Below, piece after piece: positions 9,305-21,567 of a stretch of DNA of 64,000 nucleotides. Source of the DNA: an uncultured Alphaproteobacteria bacterium (GTDB lineage: Bacteria; Pseudomonadota; Alphaproteobacteria; Sphingomonadales; Sphingomonadaceae); the NCBI GenBank assembly GCA_963796745.1, contig CAWCMV010000004.1, positions 44,492 through 108,491 of the forward strand. Direction: 5' to 3'. Position 1 is the first letter of the stretch; every line of letters starts with the position of its first letter. The position numbers were made by a program, and so were the translations under genes. Below the pieces are notes generated by a model. It was given only the letters and a program-made list of their open reading frames with translations. It was not told the DNA's origin and did no database searches.

Positions 9305-9388
9305 GGGTGCAGCGGCCTCCCTGGCGCTGGTGTGGGTGCCTTGATCATTCGCTGCGATTGGTCAAGGAATCTGCGGCAGCCGCCGCGG

Positions 9389-10072
9389 TCAGACCTGCGA
9401 CCAGCGCCGCACGAGATTGTGATAGATGGCGGTCAGCCGCAGCACTTCGGGGTCGCTCTTGCCGCGTTCGGCCATCAGCGCCTGAACCGACTGATCGAGA
9501 TCATACAGCACCTCGCGCGCGGCATGGTCGGATACCAGCGATTGCAGCCAGAAGAAGCAGCTGATCCGCTCGCCGCGCGTCACCGGATTGACCCGGTGGA
9601 GGCTGGTCGAGGGATAGAGAATCATATGCCCGGCGGGGAGCTTGTAGCTGCCCATGCCGAAGGTGCCGTCCACCTCCAGCTCGCCGCCGTCATAATCTTC
9701 CGGATCGGTGAGGAACAGGGTGCAGGACAGATCGGTGCGGATGCGCGCGCCGCTGCCCGCATGGATGCGGATCGCATTATCGACATGCAGCCCGAAATTC
9801 TCGCCCCCGCCATAGCGGTTGAACAGCGGCGGGAACACGCTGTGCGGCAGGGCGGCGGACAGGAAGGCGCTGTTCGCCATCAGCGCCGCGCTGACCTGCG
9901 CCTGCGCCTTGCGGGTCATTGCGCTGTCTTCCGGCAATTGCCGGTTATGCTTGACAGACGCCGCGCCGGCCCCGCTGGTGACATTGCCGTCGACCCATTC
10001 GGCACCCTCGATCTCGGCGCGCAGCGCGCGCGCGTCCTCGGGGCTCAGCACGGCGGGAATGGTCAGCAGCAT
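9389..10072 (-). CDS. PKHD-type Fe(II)/2OG-dependent hydroxylase (PiuC/YbiX family)
   Basis: PPLFNRY..HVDNAIR..RTDLS.TLFL..YDGGEL..YPSTSLHRV.PV.RGER..FFWLQS; directly downstream of a TonB receptor. Confidence 0.93.
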   Translation of the reverse strand: MLLTIPAVLSPEDARALRAEIEGAEWVDGNVTSGAGAASVKHNRQLPEDSAMTRKAQAQVSAALMANSAFLSAALPHSVFPPLFNRYGGGENFGLHVDNAIRIHAGSGARIRTDLSCTLFLTDPEDYDGGELEVDGTFGMGSYKLPAGHMILYPSTSLHRVNPVTRGERISCFFWLQSLVSDHAAREVLYDLDQSVQALMAERGKSDPEVLRLTAIYHNLVRRWSQV

Positions 10073-10102
10073 AGCGGCGCCTTAGCTCGGTTTGCGGGAT
10101 TT

Positions 10103-10136
10103 GTCCCCCCCGCAGGGCGGCACCTGCGGGGAGGAC
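10103..10136. other. GC-rich intergenic hairpin between the TonB receptor and the hydroxylase
   Basis: GTCCCCCCCGCAGG-GCGGCA-CCTGCGGGGAGGAC inverted repeat with no U-tract; possibly an mRNA-stabilising or REP-like stem. Confidence 0.45.
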
Positions 10137-10156
10137 GGGGGGATGGGCAGGATGGC

Positions 10157-12437
10157 TCAGAAGGTTACGGTAACCGATGCCGTCATCGAGCGGCCCGGCG
10201 CGACATAGCTGAACGGGGAGCCCGAACGGTAGATCGCGTCGTAATAGCGCTTGTCGAAGATGTTCATCACATTGGCCCGCAGCTCGACCGCCTGGGTCAC
10301 GCGGTAGCGCGCCACCGCGTCGAACTTCCAATAGGGCGGCAGCGAATTGAGGTTGGCATCATAGGTGCCGCCATAGACCCGGCTGCGATGCGTCCCCTGC
10401 ACGCCCAGCGTCAGCGCATCGGTCAGCGCATAGCTGGTCAGCAGCGAGAAGCTGTTGGTGGGAATATTGGCGAAGCGCTTGCCAATCGCGTCGGGATCGG
10501 CGCTGTCGATGATCTTGGCGTCGAGATAGGTATAGCCGCCGAAGATCGACCAGCGCGGGGTTATATTGCCGCTCGCGCCCAGTTCGAAGCCTTGCGAGCG
10601 CAGCTTGCCGACCAGTTCATAGACCCCGCCGCCAATACTTTCGCGGGCATTGTCCTTGTCGATGCGGAAGGCGGCGGCGGTGAGCAGCAGATGGCCATCG
10701 GCGACCTCCCATTTCGCGCCCGCCTCATAGGCCTTGTTGCGTTCAGGCTGGAGATCCTGCGCCCCGTTGAGCCCGCCATAGGTCGGGCTGGAGGAATCGA
10801 GCTGCTCGCCGCTCGGGTTGGAGGAGGTGGAGGCGCTGACATAGAGGCTCAGCGCTTCGACCGGCTTGTACAGCAGGCTGGCCTGCCAGTTGAAGAAATT
10901 GACGTCCGAATTGTTCGAATAGGGGGTTCCACGGCTGTCACCGGTCGCGGTGATGTCGAAGGTGTCATAGCGCCCGCCGAGCAGCAGCTGCAGCTGCGGG
11001 CTGAACTTGATCGTATCGAGCGCGAAGAGCGAGAAGCTCTCGACTTCGGTAACCGATGGCGTGGCATTCGGATCGACCGTGGCCGGGATGCGTATAGCCG
11101 AGCACCGGGAACGGATTGAACAGATCGCGGGTGAAGCCGCTCGGGGTGCCGATCTGGGTGCCGTTTTCATCCTCGACGAATTCGGGGAAGGCATAGCGCA
11201 GATTGGTCACCTTCTCATGCGAATATTCCCCGCCGAACACCAGGGTGTGCTCGATCCCGCCGGTGCCGAAGCGGGCGGTGCCGCTGGTGATATTGCCGAT
11301 ATATTGGGTGGTGGCATTACGCTGCGGGCTGCCGGTATCGACCACCAGCTCACCCGGCACGAAGCCATTGGCAAGATCGGCGGCATTCTTGGTCGGATCG
11401 CTGGAAACCTCACGCGGGCTGCGCGGAACGCTGACCACATAGCGGTTATAGACCTCGCCATAGCGGGTCTGGCTGCGGAAGGTGACCGCGTCGCTCGGCG
11501 AATATTCGAGCGCGACAGTGCCGATGTCGGACCCGTTCTTGAGGAAATCGCGGCCGACCGCGCCGTAGAAATTATCCGCATCGACCGCATAGGGTTCAAG
11601 CGTGGTGGAATCGAACGGCTGGCCATAGTCCGACATGCCGTCGAGCCGGTAGTGGTAGTAATCGGCCTGCAGCTTGAACTGGCTGGAAATCTGCCAGTCG
11701 ACCGCCACCGCGCCGCCCCAGCGTTCCGAGCCGACATAGTCGCGGCCCGGGGTGTCGCCGGTGTGATAGAGCCCGTTGACCCGCACTGCGAGCCCCGGAG
11801 CGATCTCGCGATTGAGATCGAAGGTCCCGCGCAAAGTGTCGTCGCTGCCGCCGGTCACCTCGGCGACGAGGAAATCATTCATCTCCTGCGCGCGCTTGGA
11901 CTGCAGCCCGACCGAGCCGCCGGTGGTGCCCCGGCCCATGAAGGCGCTGGACGGGCCCTTGACGATTTCGACCTGCTCGACCGCAAAGATCTCGCGGCTG
12001 GAAACGCCGGGATCGCGCATGCCGTCGATATAGACATCGTTGCGCGCCTCGAAGCCGCGGATGAAGATGCGGTCGCCAAAGGCATTGCCGCCTTCGCCGG
12101 TGCCCAGCGTGACGCCGGGGGTGATGCGGGCGAGATCGCGGAAGCTGGTCGCCCCGGCATCCTCGATCACCTCCTTGGGGATGATGGTGACGCTCTTGGG
12201 CGTGTCGCGCAGCTCTTCGGTGAAGCGGCCGTCGCTGGATTTGTTGACCTTATAGGGGGCGTCGGGATCGGCATTGGGATTGGCGTCGCTCTCGCGCTGG
12301 CCGGTGACGAGGATATCTTCCTTGCCGATGCCATCGGCGGCCTGGGCAGGGTTGGGGATCACAGCTGCGGCGAGCGCGCTGGCGAGCAAGGCTCCGCCGG
12401 TGGTGGTGGAACGAAGCGTGGTACGAATTTTGGTCAT
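10157..12437 (-). CDS. TonB-dependent siderophore receptor (Fiu/PiuA-like; frameshift near 11090)
   Basis: Signal peptide, plug motifs (DTPKSVTII, GEGGNAFGDRIFIRGF, EQVEIVKGPSS) and a C-terminal Phe (..VTVTF). ORFs 10965..12437 and 10157..11194 join by removing one base near 11090. Confidence 0.92.
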
Positions 12438-12467
12438 GGGGCTCCCCTGGTTGAAGTCGGGGCGCTA

Positions 12468-12516
12468 TTGCGAGGCATTCGCAAACAAGTCAAATGGTTT
12501 TGCGAGGTATTCGCAA
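12468..12516. promoter_or_regulatory. Two tandem alphaproteobacterial Fur-type boxes
   Basis: TTGCGAGGCATTCGCAA (12468-12484) and TTGCGAGGTATTCGCAA (12500-12516): TGCGA-N5-TCGCA palindromes upstream of the iron-uptake receptor. Confidence 0.8.
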
Positions 12517-12653
12517 TTAGTCATTGTGGAGGGCACCCCGGCATGGGCCTGCGCGGTGCCGGCTTCCGCTGCAGCCAATGGCCCCGGGCTGTGTGCAATG
12601 CCGGTTAGACCGGTGACGAGCGGGCCGGCTTGGGCTAGATCGGGCTCGAACCG

Positions 12654-14333
12654 ATGCTGACCGCGCTCGCCATACGCAATATCGTCCTGATCGAAGGGCT
12701 GGACCTCGCCTTTGGGCAGGGGCTGGGCGTGCTCACCGGCGAGACCGGGGCGGGCAAGTCGATCCTGCTCGATGCGCTCGGGCTGGTGCTGGGCAATCGC
12801 GCCGAAAGCGGGCTGCTGCGCGCGGGCACCGATCAGGCGAGTGTCACCGCCAGCTTCGAATTCGCCCAATTGCCCGATCTGGTGCGCTTGGCGCTCGATC
12901 AGGCGGAGGTAACGGTCGAACCGGGCGAGCCGCTGATCCTGCGCCGCACGCTCAAGGCTGACGGGGCAAGCCGCGCCTATATCAATGATCAGCCGGTGGG
13001 GGTGGCCCTTCTGCGCGAGATCTCCGCCGCGCTGGTCGAACTGCATGGCCAGCATGATGATCGCGGGCTGGTCAATCCGCGCGGCCACCGCGCGCTGCTC
13101 GATCGCTTTGCCGGTGCCGATGTCGCCGGCGTTGCCCAGGCCTGGGACGGCTGGCGCGGTGCAGAAGCACAATTGGCCGAAGCCCGCGCCGCGATTGAAC
13201 AGGCGCGGGAGGATCAGGATCTGCTGCTGGCCCATCTGGCAGAACTCACCGCGCTCGCGCCGGAAGAGGGCGAAGAAGAGCAGCTCGCCGCTGCGCGCAG
13301 CGATATGCAGAAGGGCGAGCGGCTCGCCGGGGATCTCGAAGAGCTGCGCCATGTGTGGGACGGTTCCGATTCCGCGCTCGCCAGGCTGCGCGGCGCGGCG
13401 CGGCGGCTTGACCGGATCGCGCAGGAGCATACCTTCCTCGCCGAAGCGCTCGCCGCGCTTGACCGGGCGGTGATCGAGGCGGGCGAGGCGGAAGACAAGC
13501 TTGCCGCCGCCGCCGAAGCGCTGAGCTTCGAACCGGCCGAGCTTGACCGGATCGAGACCAGGCTGTTCGAATTGCGCGCCCAGGCCCGCAAGCATCGCTG
13601 CGAGGTTGACCAATTGCCCGCGAAAATGCGCGAGATGCGCGCCGCGCTCGATGCGATCGAGGCGGGCGATGCTCAGCTTGGCGCGCTGGAACAGGCGGCC
13701 GTCAAGGCCGGCGAGCTCTATCGCGCGCGGGCGGAGGCTCTGCATGCCCAGCGCAGCGCTGCCGCGCTGCGGCTGGATCAAGCGGTGGCGAAGGAACTGG
13801 CGCCCCTGAAGCTCGACACCGCGCGCTTCCGCACCGCGGTGAACAATCTGCCGGAGGAGCGCTGGGGCCCATCGGGCAGCGACAGCGTCGAATTCCTGAT
13901 CTCGACCAATCCGGGGGCGGATTTTGCGCCGCTGAACAAGATCGCCAGCGGCGGCGAGCTGTCGCGCTTCATCCTCGCGCTGAAGGTGGCGCTGGCCGAG
14001 CAGGGCGGGGCCGCCACGGTGATCTTCGACGAGATCGATCGCGGCGTGGGCGGGGCGGTCGCCAGCGCGATCGGTGAACGGCTCGCGCGGCTGGCTGGCC
14101 AGGGAGCGCAAGGAGGCGGGCAATTGCTCGCGGTCACCCATTCCCCGCAGGTCGCGGCGCGCGGCGGGATGCATTATGTGATCGCCAAGAGCAGCGAAGG
14201 GGTGGTCACCCGCACCTCGGTCCATCTGCTCGATCAGGCCGGGCGGCAGGAAGAGATCGCGCGGATGCTTTCCGGCGCGGAGATTACCAGCGAGGCGCGG
14301 GCGCAGGCGGATCGATTGCTGGAAGGGGTGTGA
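12654..14333 (+). CDS. recN: DNA repair protein RecN
   Basis: Walker A GETGAGKS, ELHGQHD, signature ASGGELSR, Walker B IFDEID, and VTHSPQVAA. Confidence 0.97.
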   Translation: MLTALAIRNIVLIEGLDLAFGQGLGVLTGETGAGKSILLDALGLVLGNRAESGLLRAGTDQASVTASFEFAQLPDLVRLALDQAEVTVEPGEPLILRRTLKADGASRAYINDQPVGVALLREISAALVELHGQHDDRGLVNPRGHRALLDRFAGADVAGVAQAWDGWRGAEAQLAEARAAIEQAREDQDLLLAHLAELTALAPEEGEEEQLAAARSDMQKGERLAGDLEELRHVWDGSDSALARLRGAARRLDRIAQEHTFLAEALAALDRAVIEAGEAEDKLAAAAEALSFEPAELDRIETRLFELRAQARKHRCEVDQLPAKMREMRAALDAIEAGDAQLGALEQAAVKAGELYRARAEALHAQRSAAALRLDQAVAKELAPLKLDTARFRTAVNNLPEERWGPSGSDSVEFLISTNPGADFAPLNKIASGGELSRFILALKVALAEQGGAATVIFDEIDRGVGGAVASAIGERLARLAGQGAQGGGQLLAVTHSPQVAARGGMHYVIAKSSEGVVTRTSVHLLDQAGRQEEIARMLSGAEITSEARAQADRLLEGV

Positions 14334-14350
14334 CCTTGCACGGCAACCGG

Positions 14351-16512
<2,162 letters not shown>

Positions 16513-16530
16513 GCGCCAGCCGATCCGCGC

Positions 16531-17916
16531 TCAGGCGGCGGCGGGCACCGTGGCCACCAAAGGCTGGTCGCTCTTGGATTGTTTCGCGCGGTACATCAGC
16601 CGGTCGGCCGTCGCGATGACCGAAGCCGGATCGAGTGCAGCGCCCGCCGGAACGATCGCGACGCCCAGGCTTGCGCCGATTGTCCAGGGCTCCCCGCGCG
16701 AGACGCCCTCGATCTCATGCTGCAGCCGCACCAGCACCGATTTGACGAAATTGTCTGACGAGGCGGGAAACAGGGCGAGGAATTCATCGCCGCCCAGCCG
16801 GGCGATCACATCATCGCCGCGCAGCGCCTTGCGCAGCGCCCCGGCGATCAGGGTCAGGCAGCGATCGCCTTCCTCATGGCCAAAGGTATCGTTCACCGCC
16901 TTGAACCCGTCGAGATCGATGAAGGCGGCGGCAATGCCCTGCTGCCAGGCGCCTTCCTCGCGCAGCACCACTTCCAGTTGCCGCATCGCGCCGCGCCGGT
17001 TGAGCAGGCCGGTGAGCTGGTCATGCTCGGCATCCAGCTCGGCCGCGCGGCGGGCGCTGATATCCTCGATCACCGATACGAAGAAATCGGGCGCGCCATC
17101 CTCCTTGCGGATCAGCGCGACGGTGAGATTGATCCACACCAGCGTTCCGTCTGACCGGATATAGCGCTTTTCCATCGTATAGCTGTCTTTGCGGCCCGCC
17201 AGCAGATCTTCCACATGGGCAAGGTCGACATTGAGATCTTCCGGGTGGGTGATGCCTTCAAAGCCGCGCGCGATCAGCTCGGCGCGTTCCCAGCCGGCGA
17301 TATCGCAGAATTTGTCATTCACCAGCACGAAGCGGCCTTCGGGCGAGACATGGGCGATGCCCACGGCGGCCTGTTCGAAGGTTGCCTTGAAGCGCTTGTC
17401 GGCAGCAACGCGGGCGCGTTCGCCGCGCGCATGTTCGTCGCGCGCGAGGCCCTGCGTCACCAGCCCGGCGAGCAGTTGCAGTGCCAGCAGATCACGGTTG
17501 CTGAAGGCCTCGGCGGTGCAGGAATGGAGCCGCAGCAGCCCGACATGGACGCCCTTGTAGGGGATTGGCGAGCTGATCGAACTGCGCAGCCCGGCGCGGT
17601 CCTGCGACGAGATCGAGCAGAAACCCGGCACGATCCCGGCAACCGGGGTGCGGGTGCCGGATTTTCTCGGCGAGGAACCGCAGCGCGAGCGGCAGACGAA
17701 TTCATGCCCGTCGCGCAGTTCGATCTCGCCGCCATCGGCCGAGGGAACCAGCCGGACGGCATTTTGCAGGACAATGCCCAGCACCCGGTCGAGATCGTCG
17801 CCGGCAGCGCTCACCGCCGTCTGGATCGCCAGCAATTGGCGCGGCCAATTCATCATCCGCGCGAGGTCGCCCTCGTCGAATCCTGAATTGCGCGCTGGTT
17901 TACGGGCGTTCGGCAT
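16531..17916 (-). CDS. Diguanylate cyclase (GAF-like - PAS/PAC - GGDEF)
   Basis: FEQAAVGIAHV..THPED..EKRYIRSDG PAS/PAC; HDQLTGLLNR, DLDGFKAVND, intact RLGGDEF with an RxxD I-site (RGDD). Confidence 0.92.
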   Translation of the reverse strand: MPNARKPARNSGFDEGDLARMMNWPRQLLAIQTAVSAAGDDLDRVLGIVLQNAVRLVPSADGGEIELRDGHEFVCRSRCGSSPRKSGTRTPVAGIVPGFCSISSQDRAGLRSSISSPIPYKGVHVGLLRLHSCTAEAFSNRDLLALQLLAGLVTQGLARDEHARGERARVAADKRFKATFEQAAVGIAHVSPEGRFVLVNDKFCDIAGWERAELIARGFEGITHPEDLNVDLAHVEDLLAGRKDSYTMEKRYIRSDGTLVWINLTVALIRKEDGAPDFFVSVIEDISARRAAELDAEHDQLTGLLNRRGAMRQLEVVLREEGAWQQGIAAAFIDLDGFKAVNDTFGHEEGDRCLTLIAGALRKALRGDDVIARLGGDEFLALFPASSDNFVKSVLVRLQHEIEGVSRGEPWTIGASLGVAIVPAGAALDPASVIATADRLMYRAKQSKSDQPLVATVPAAA

Positions 17917-17971
17917 GGTTTCCGGTCGGTTGGAGCGGCTTTGTCACGCCGCGCCAATAGCCCGAATCTGA

Positions 17972-17986
17972 CTAAGAAACGCTTAA
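17972..17986 (-). promoter_or_regulatory. Putative CtrA binding site upstream of the diguanylate cyclase
   Basis: Minus strand TTAA-GCGTTTC-TTAG, a 7/8 match to TTAA-N7-TTAA; adjacent GANTC at 17964-17968. Confidence 0.45.
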
Positions 17987-18034
17987 ATCCCGCGTCTTTT
18001 GCGGCATTTCCTGGTGAGGTCAGGCCTGCTTCGC

Positions 18035-18991
18035 CTACCAGCGGCTCGCCCAGTCGGGCAATGTGCCGGGGCGCAATGCACGCACCGCAGTGCCTGGCCG
18101 TTTGCGCAGCCACAGGATAGACCAGTCGCCCCTGACCATTCGTGCCGCCAGGCGGAAGCCCGCCAAGCGACAGGCGCGGCGCACGGCGCCCTCCTGCGTC
18201 TCCAGCAGCCCGGCCAACAGCAGATGCCCGCCCGGCAGAACTGCGGTTCCGAAATCGGGCGCCAGCTCGACCAGCGGCCCGGCCAGAATATTGGCGATCA
18301 GCAGATCATAAGGTCCGCGCACCTCCAGCAGCGGATGATCCATTCCGGCGGCGACCAGCATGGTCAGCTGGCCCGGGCCCCCGCCGATCGGAACCTGATT
18401 GAGCGCCGCGTTTTCGGCCACCACCCCCAGGCAGACCGGATCGATATCGCTCGCACTCGCCAGCGCGCGCGGCCACAGATCGAGGCCGGCGAAGGCCAGC
18501 AGCCCGGTGCCCGTGCCGATATCGGCCAGATTGCGCACCACCACCCCGCGGCTGCGCATCAGGCTGAGCATCGCCAGGCAGCCGGCGGTGGTCTCGTGCT
18601 GGCCGGTGCCGAAGGCCTGGCTGGCGGGGATTATGAAATCCTTGAAGCCAGGCTCGATGCTGGGCGGGAAACCTGGGGTGCGGACATGGAAGCGCCCGGC
18701 GCGGATCGGCTCGACCCCTTGCTGGCTCAGCGCCACCCAATCGGCCTCGGGCAGCTTTTCGATGGTCAGCCTGGGCGCCTTTCCGGCGAACAGCGCCTCG
18801 ATGGCCTTGCGTTCGGCCTTACCCGGCTTGCTGGCATACCATGCCTCCAGCACCCAATCGTCAGGCCGGTCCTCGGCCACCTCGCAGCCGGACAGCACCA
18901 CCTCGGGATCCCAGTCCAGCGCATCCTCATGCGCCAGCAGCGCGGCCTGGATCACGTGCTTGGATGCAAAGGCCGACAGCTTCCAGCTCAT
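18035..18991 (-). CDS. prmA: Ribosomal protein L11 methyltransferase
   Basis: AFGTGQHETT, DIGTGTGLL, YDLLIANIL and W..LSQ motifs. Confidence 0.9.
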   Translation of the reverse strand: MSWKLSAFASKHVIQAALLAHEDALDWDPEVVLSGCEVAEDRPDDWVLEAWYASKPGKAERKAIEALFAGKAPRLTIEKLPEADWVALSQQGVEPIRAGRFHVRTPGFPPSIEPGFKDFIIPASQAFGTGQHETTAGCLAMLSLMRSRGVVVRNLADIGTGTGLLAFAGLDLWPRALASASDIDPVCLGVVAENAALNQVPIGGGPGQLTMLVAAGMDHPLLEVRGPYDLLIANILAGPLVELAPDFGTAVLPGGHLLLAGLLETQEGAVRRACRLAGFRLAARMVRGDWSILWLRKRPGTAVRALRPGTLPDWASRW

Positions 18992-19899
18992 TGGCCAGCC
19001 CCCCCTTTGCCAGCCTCCCGCGCCAGCCGCTCGTCGAGCCTGGCGCTGAGCCCGCCAGCATAGGCAGCGCAGCGCGGTTCGGCGAACAATTCGCCTTCCA
19101 GCATCCGCTTGCGCATCTCGCTGGCCGAAGGATGCGGCGTGATCACGATATCGCAGGGGGCCAGCGCGGCAAGCGCCTTCAGGCTGGCGCGATAGGCCGC
19201 GAGATAGGCCGGATGATCGCTGAACCTGTAGCTGTCACCGCTGACCGGGGAGAGCGAATCCGCATAGACGATGCTGCGGCAATCGCTGCCTTCGCAGCTG
19301 CGCCACGCCCAGCTGAGCGCCCCTTCGGTATGCCCCGGAGTGGCGAGCGGGGTGAGCGAGAGATCGCCGAGCTTGACCAGCTCGCCGGGCTGCAGGACCG
19401 AGTCGACCCGCACCGCAGGAAACCCGTCGATTGTGCCGAATTGCGGATCATCCGCCGCAACCGCGCCGCTCGCCAGCACGGGCGCGGCCCCGGCCGATGC
19501 GATCAGCCGCGCGCCGGTGAGCTGCTGCAGCCGCGCGAGCCCGCCGACATGGTCCAGATGCTCATGGCTGTGCAGCAGCAGCTTGACGTCGGACAGCGCA
19601 AAACCCAGCGCCTTGATATTGGCCGCGATCAGATCGCCGGCATTGGGCGGCCCGCCATCGATCAGCACATGGCCCTGATCGCCGGTGATCAGGATTGCGC
19701 CGATCCCGCAGGTTCCGACATAATAGGTGTTGCCATAGATATGGAACGGCGGGCCGGCCTTGTCCCAATCGTCGAAATCCTCGCAAGCCGACGCCCAGGC
19801 AAGCTGGTCCGCATGCGGCGTGCTTGGGGCCGGGTGCGCGGCATTTGCGCAGCCCAGCGCCAGGGACAGCAGGGCGAGCGGGACAAATCTAGCGAACAT
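18988..19899 (-). CDS. Subclass B3 metallo-beta-lactamase-like protein (secreted)
   Basis: Signal peptide; PFHIYGNTYYVGT, HEHLDH (HxHxDH), TPGHT, YADSLS and ITPHP motifs; Cys pairs typical of B3 enzymes. Confidence 0.88.
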   Translation of the reverse strand: MFARFVPLALLSLALGCANAAHPAPSTPHADQLAWASACEDFDDWDKAGPPFHIYGNTYYVGTCGIGAILITGDQGHVLIDGGPPNAGDLIAANIKALGFALSDVKLLLHSHEHLDHVGGLARLQQLTGARLIASAGAAPVLASGAVAADDPQFGTIDGFPAVRVDSVLQPGELVKLGDLSLTPLATPGHTEGALSWAWRSCEGSDCRSIVYADSLSPVSGDSYRFSDHPAYLAAYRASLKALAALAPCDIVITPHPSASEMRKRMLEGELFAEPRCAAYAGGLSARLDERLAREAGKGGAGQ

Positions 19900-20605
19900 A
19901 ACTGGCTCCATTGGCGTCGATCACCGCGCCGGTCATGCTGGGCGGGGCATCGAGCGCACAGAAAGCGGCGATCGCCGCCACCTCCTCAGGTTCGGCCACC
20001 CGGCCCAGCGGAATATCGGCCAGCAGTTCCGCCCCGCCGCGACTGGCGAGATAATCGCCCGCCATGGCGGTGTCGGTAAAGCCGGGCGCGACTGCGAAAC
20101 TCAAAATACCCTGCGCCGCATAGGCCCGGGCGATGGTCTTGTGCAGGGCCAGCATGCCGCCCTTGGAGGCGGCGTAATGCCAGTGATCGGGCGAATCGCC
20201 GCGATGGCCGGCGCGGCTGGCGATATGCACCAGCCTGCCTTCCGCCCCATTATCCAGCCAGTGCTGCACCGCGAAGCGTGATAATTGCGCCGCCGCGGTG
20301 AGATTTATTCGCAAGGTATCCTCCCAGCGATCAAGCCAGGCGATGTCGGAGCCATCGAGCGGATTGGGCTCGAAAATCCCGGCATTGTTGATCAGCACGT
20401 CGATCTGCCCATGGCCCAGCGCCAGTGCATCCTCCCACAGGCTCTGCGGCCCGATCGGGTCGGCCAGATCGGCCGCGATGGTGCCGTCAGCATAGTCACG
20501 GCTGGCATGGCACAGCACCTGCGCGCCGCGCGCGCGCAAATGCTCGACGATCGCCGCGCCGATCCCGCGGCTGCTTCCGGTGACAAGGATCACGGGCTCA
20601 GTCAT
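19889..20605 (-). CDS. SDR family oxidoreductase
   Basis: TGSSRGIG, NNAG and YAASK motifs; start taken at the Met at 20605 after an RBS-like site. Confidence 0.9.
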   Translation of the reverse strand: MTEPVILVTGSSRGIGAAIVEHLRARGAQVLCHASRDYADGTIAADLADPIGPQSLWEDALALGHGQIDVLINNAGIFEPNPLDGSDIAWLDRWEDTLRINLTAAAQLSRFAVQHWLDNGAEGRLVHIASRAGHRGDSPDHWHYAASKGGMLALHKTIARAYAAQGILSFAVAPGFTDTAMAGDYLASRGGAELLADIPLGRVAEPEEVAAIAAFCALDAPPSMTGAVIDANGASYVR

Positions 20606-20787
20606 CCCCCATCCTTTCGGTGAGATTGGCCGTTGTGTCGAGCCTGTCAGGCCCGACTTTTGAAATTGGCTCAAGAGACAGGCCCGAGAATTTGCCGCGT
20701 GGACATACTTGCCAGTTCGGGCGTAATCGCTAAGGGGATGCGCAGGCAACGCGCCGCGTCCGGCGCGCCGCAGCCACGGAAGATTTC

Positions 20788-21168
20788 ATGACCGACCGCC
20801 CGCTTTCGCCGCACCTCTCGATCTGGAAATGGAGCCCGGCAATGGCCGTTTCCATCCTCCATCGCATTTCGGGCGACGGCTTTGCCGTGGTCGGGCTCGG
20901 GGTTCTGCTGTGGTGGCTGTGGGCAGCGGCAAGCGGCGATTCCACCTATGCGGTCTTTACCGCTCTGATGACATCGCCGCTGGGCTATGTCGTGCTGGTC
21001 GGGATCAGCTGGGCCTTTTTCAATCATCTGGTCTCCGGCCTGCGCCATTTCGTTCTGGATGCGGGCGCGGGTTTCGAGCTGGGCCTGAACAAGGTGTTTT
21101 CGATTGCATCGCCGATCATCGGCATTCTCCTCACCGCCGCCTTCTGGGCGAAGCTGGCACTAGCGTAA
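20788..21168 (+). CDS. sdhC: Succinate dehydrogenase cytochrome b556 subunit
   Basis: RPLSPHL..SILHRISG..HLVSGLRH. Confidence 0.95.
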   Translation: MTDRPLSPHLSIWKWSPAMAVSILHRISGDGFAVVGLGVLLWWLWAAASGDSTYAVFTALMTSPLGYVVLVGISWAFFNHLVSGLRHFVLDAGAGFELGLNKVFSIASPIIGILLTAAFWAKLALA

Positions 21169-21180
21169 GGGCCTCAAATC

Positions 21181-21567
21181 ATGGGTAACGAAGCTTCGAT
21201 CGGCAAGGTGCGCGGGCTCGGCTCGGCACATGAAGGGGCAGGCCATTGGCTGGCGCAGCGCTATACTGCGATCGCCAATCTGTTCCTCGGCAGCTGGCTG
21301 GTCACCTCGATCGTGCTGCTGCCCAATCTCGATCTTGAAACGGTGCGCGGCTGGCTTGCCGAACCGGTGCCCGGCACGGCGATCATCCTGCTGATCATCA
21401 GCACCTTCTGGCATGCGCGGCTTGGCCTGCAGGTGCTGATCGAAGATTATGTGCATGATGAGGCGAACAAGTTCGGTGCGCTCGCAGCGCTCAACCTCAT
21501 CGCCGTGGCCGGCGCGGTGTTCGGCATTTTCAGTGTGCTCAAGCTCGCGCTCGGGGGCGTTGCCTGA
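21181..21567 (+). CDS. sdhD: Succinate dehydrogenase membrane anchor subunit
   Basis: [29 protein letters not shown]. Confidence 0.95.
   Translation: MGNEASIGKVRGLGSAHEGAGHWLAQRYTAIANLFLGSWLVTSIVLLPNLDLETVRGWLAEPVPGTAIILLIISTFWHARLGLQVLIEDYVHDEANKFGALAALNLIAVAGAVFGIFSVLKLALGGVA

Noticed and set aside
12520-12653. LexA box upstream of recN
   Set aside because: No convincing GTTC-N7-GTTC or GAAC-N7-GAAC was found in the spacer.
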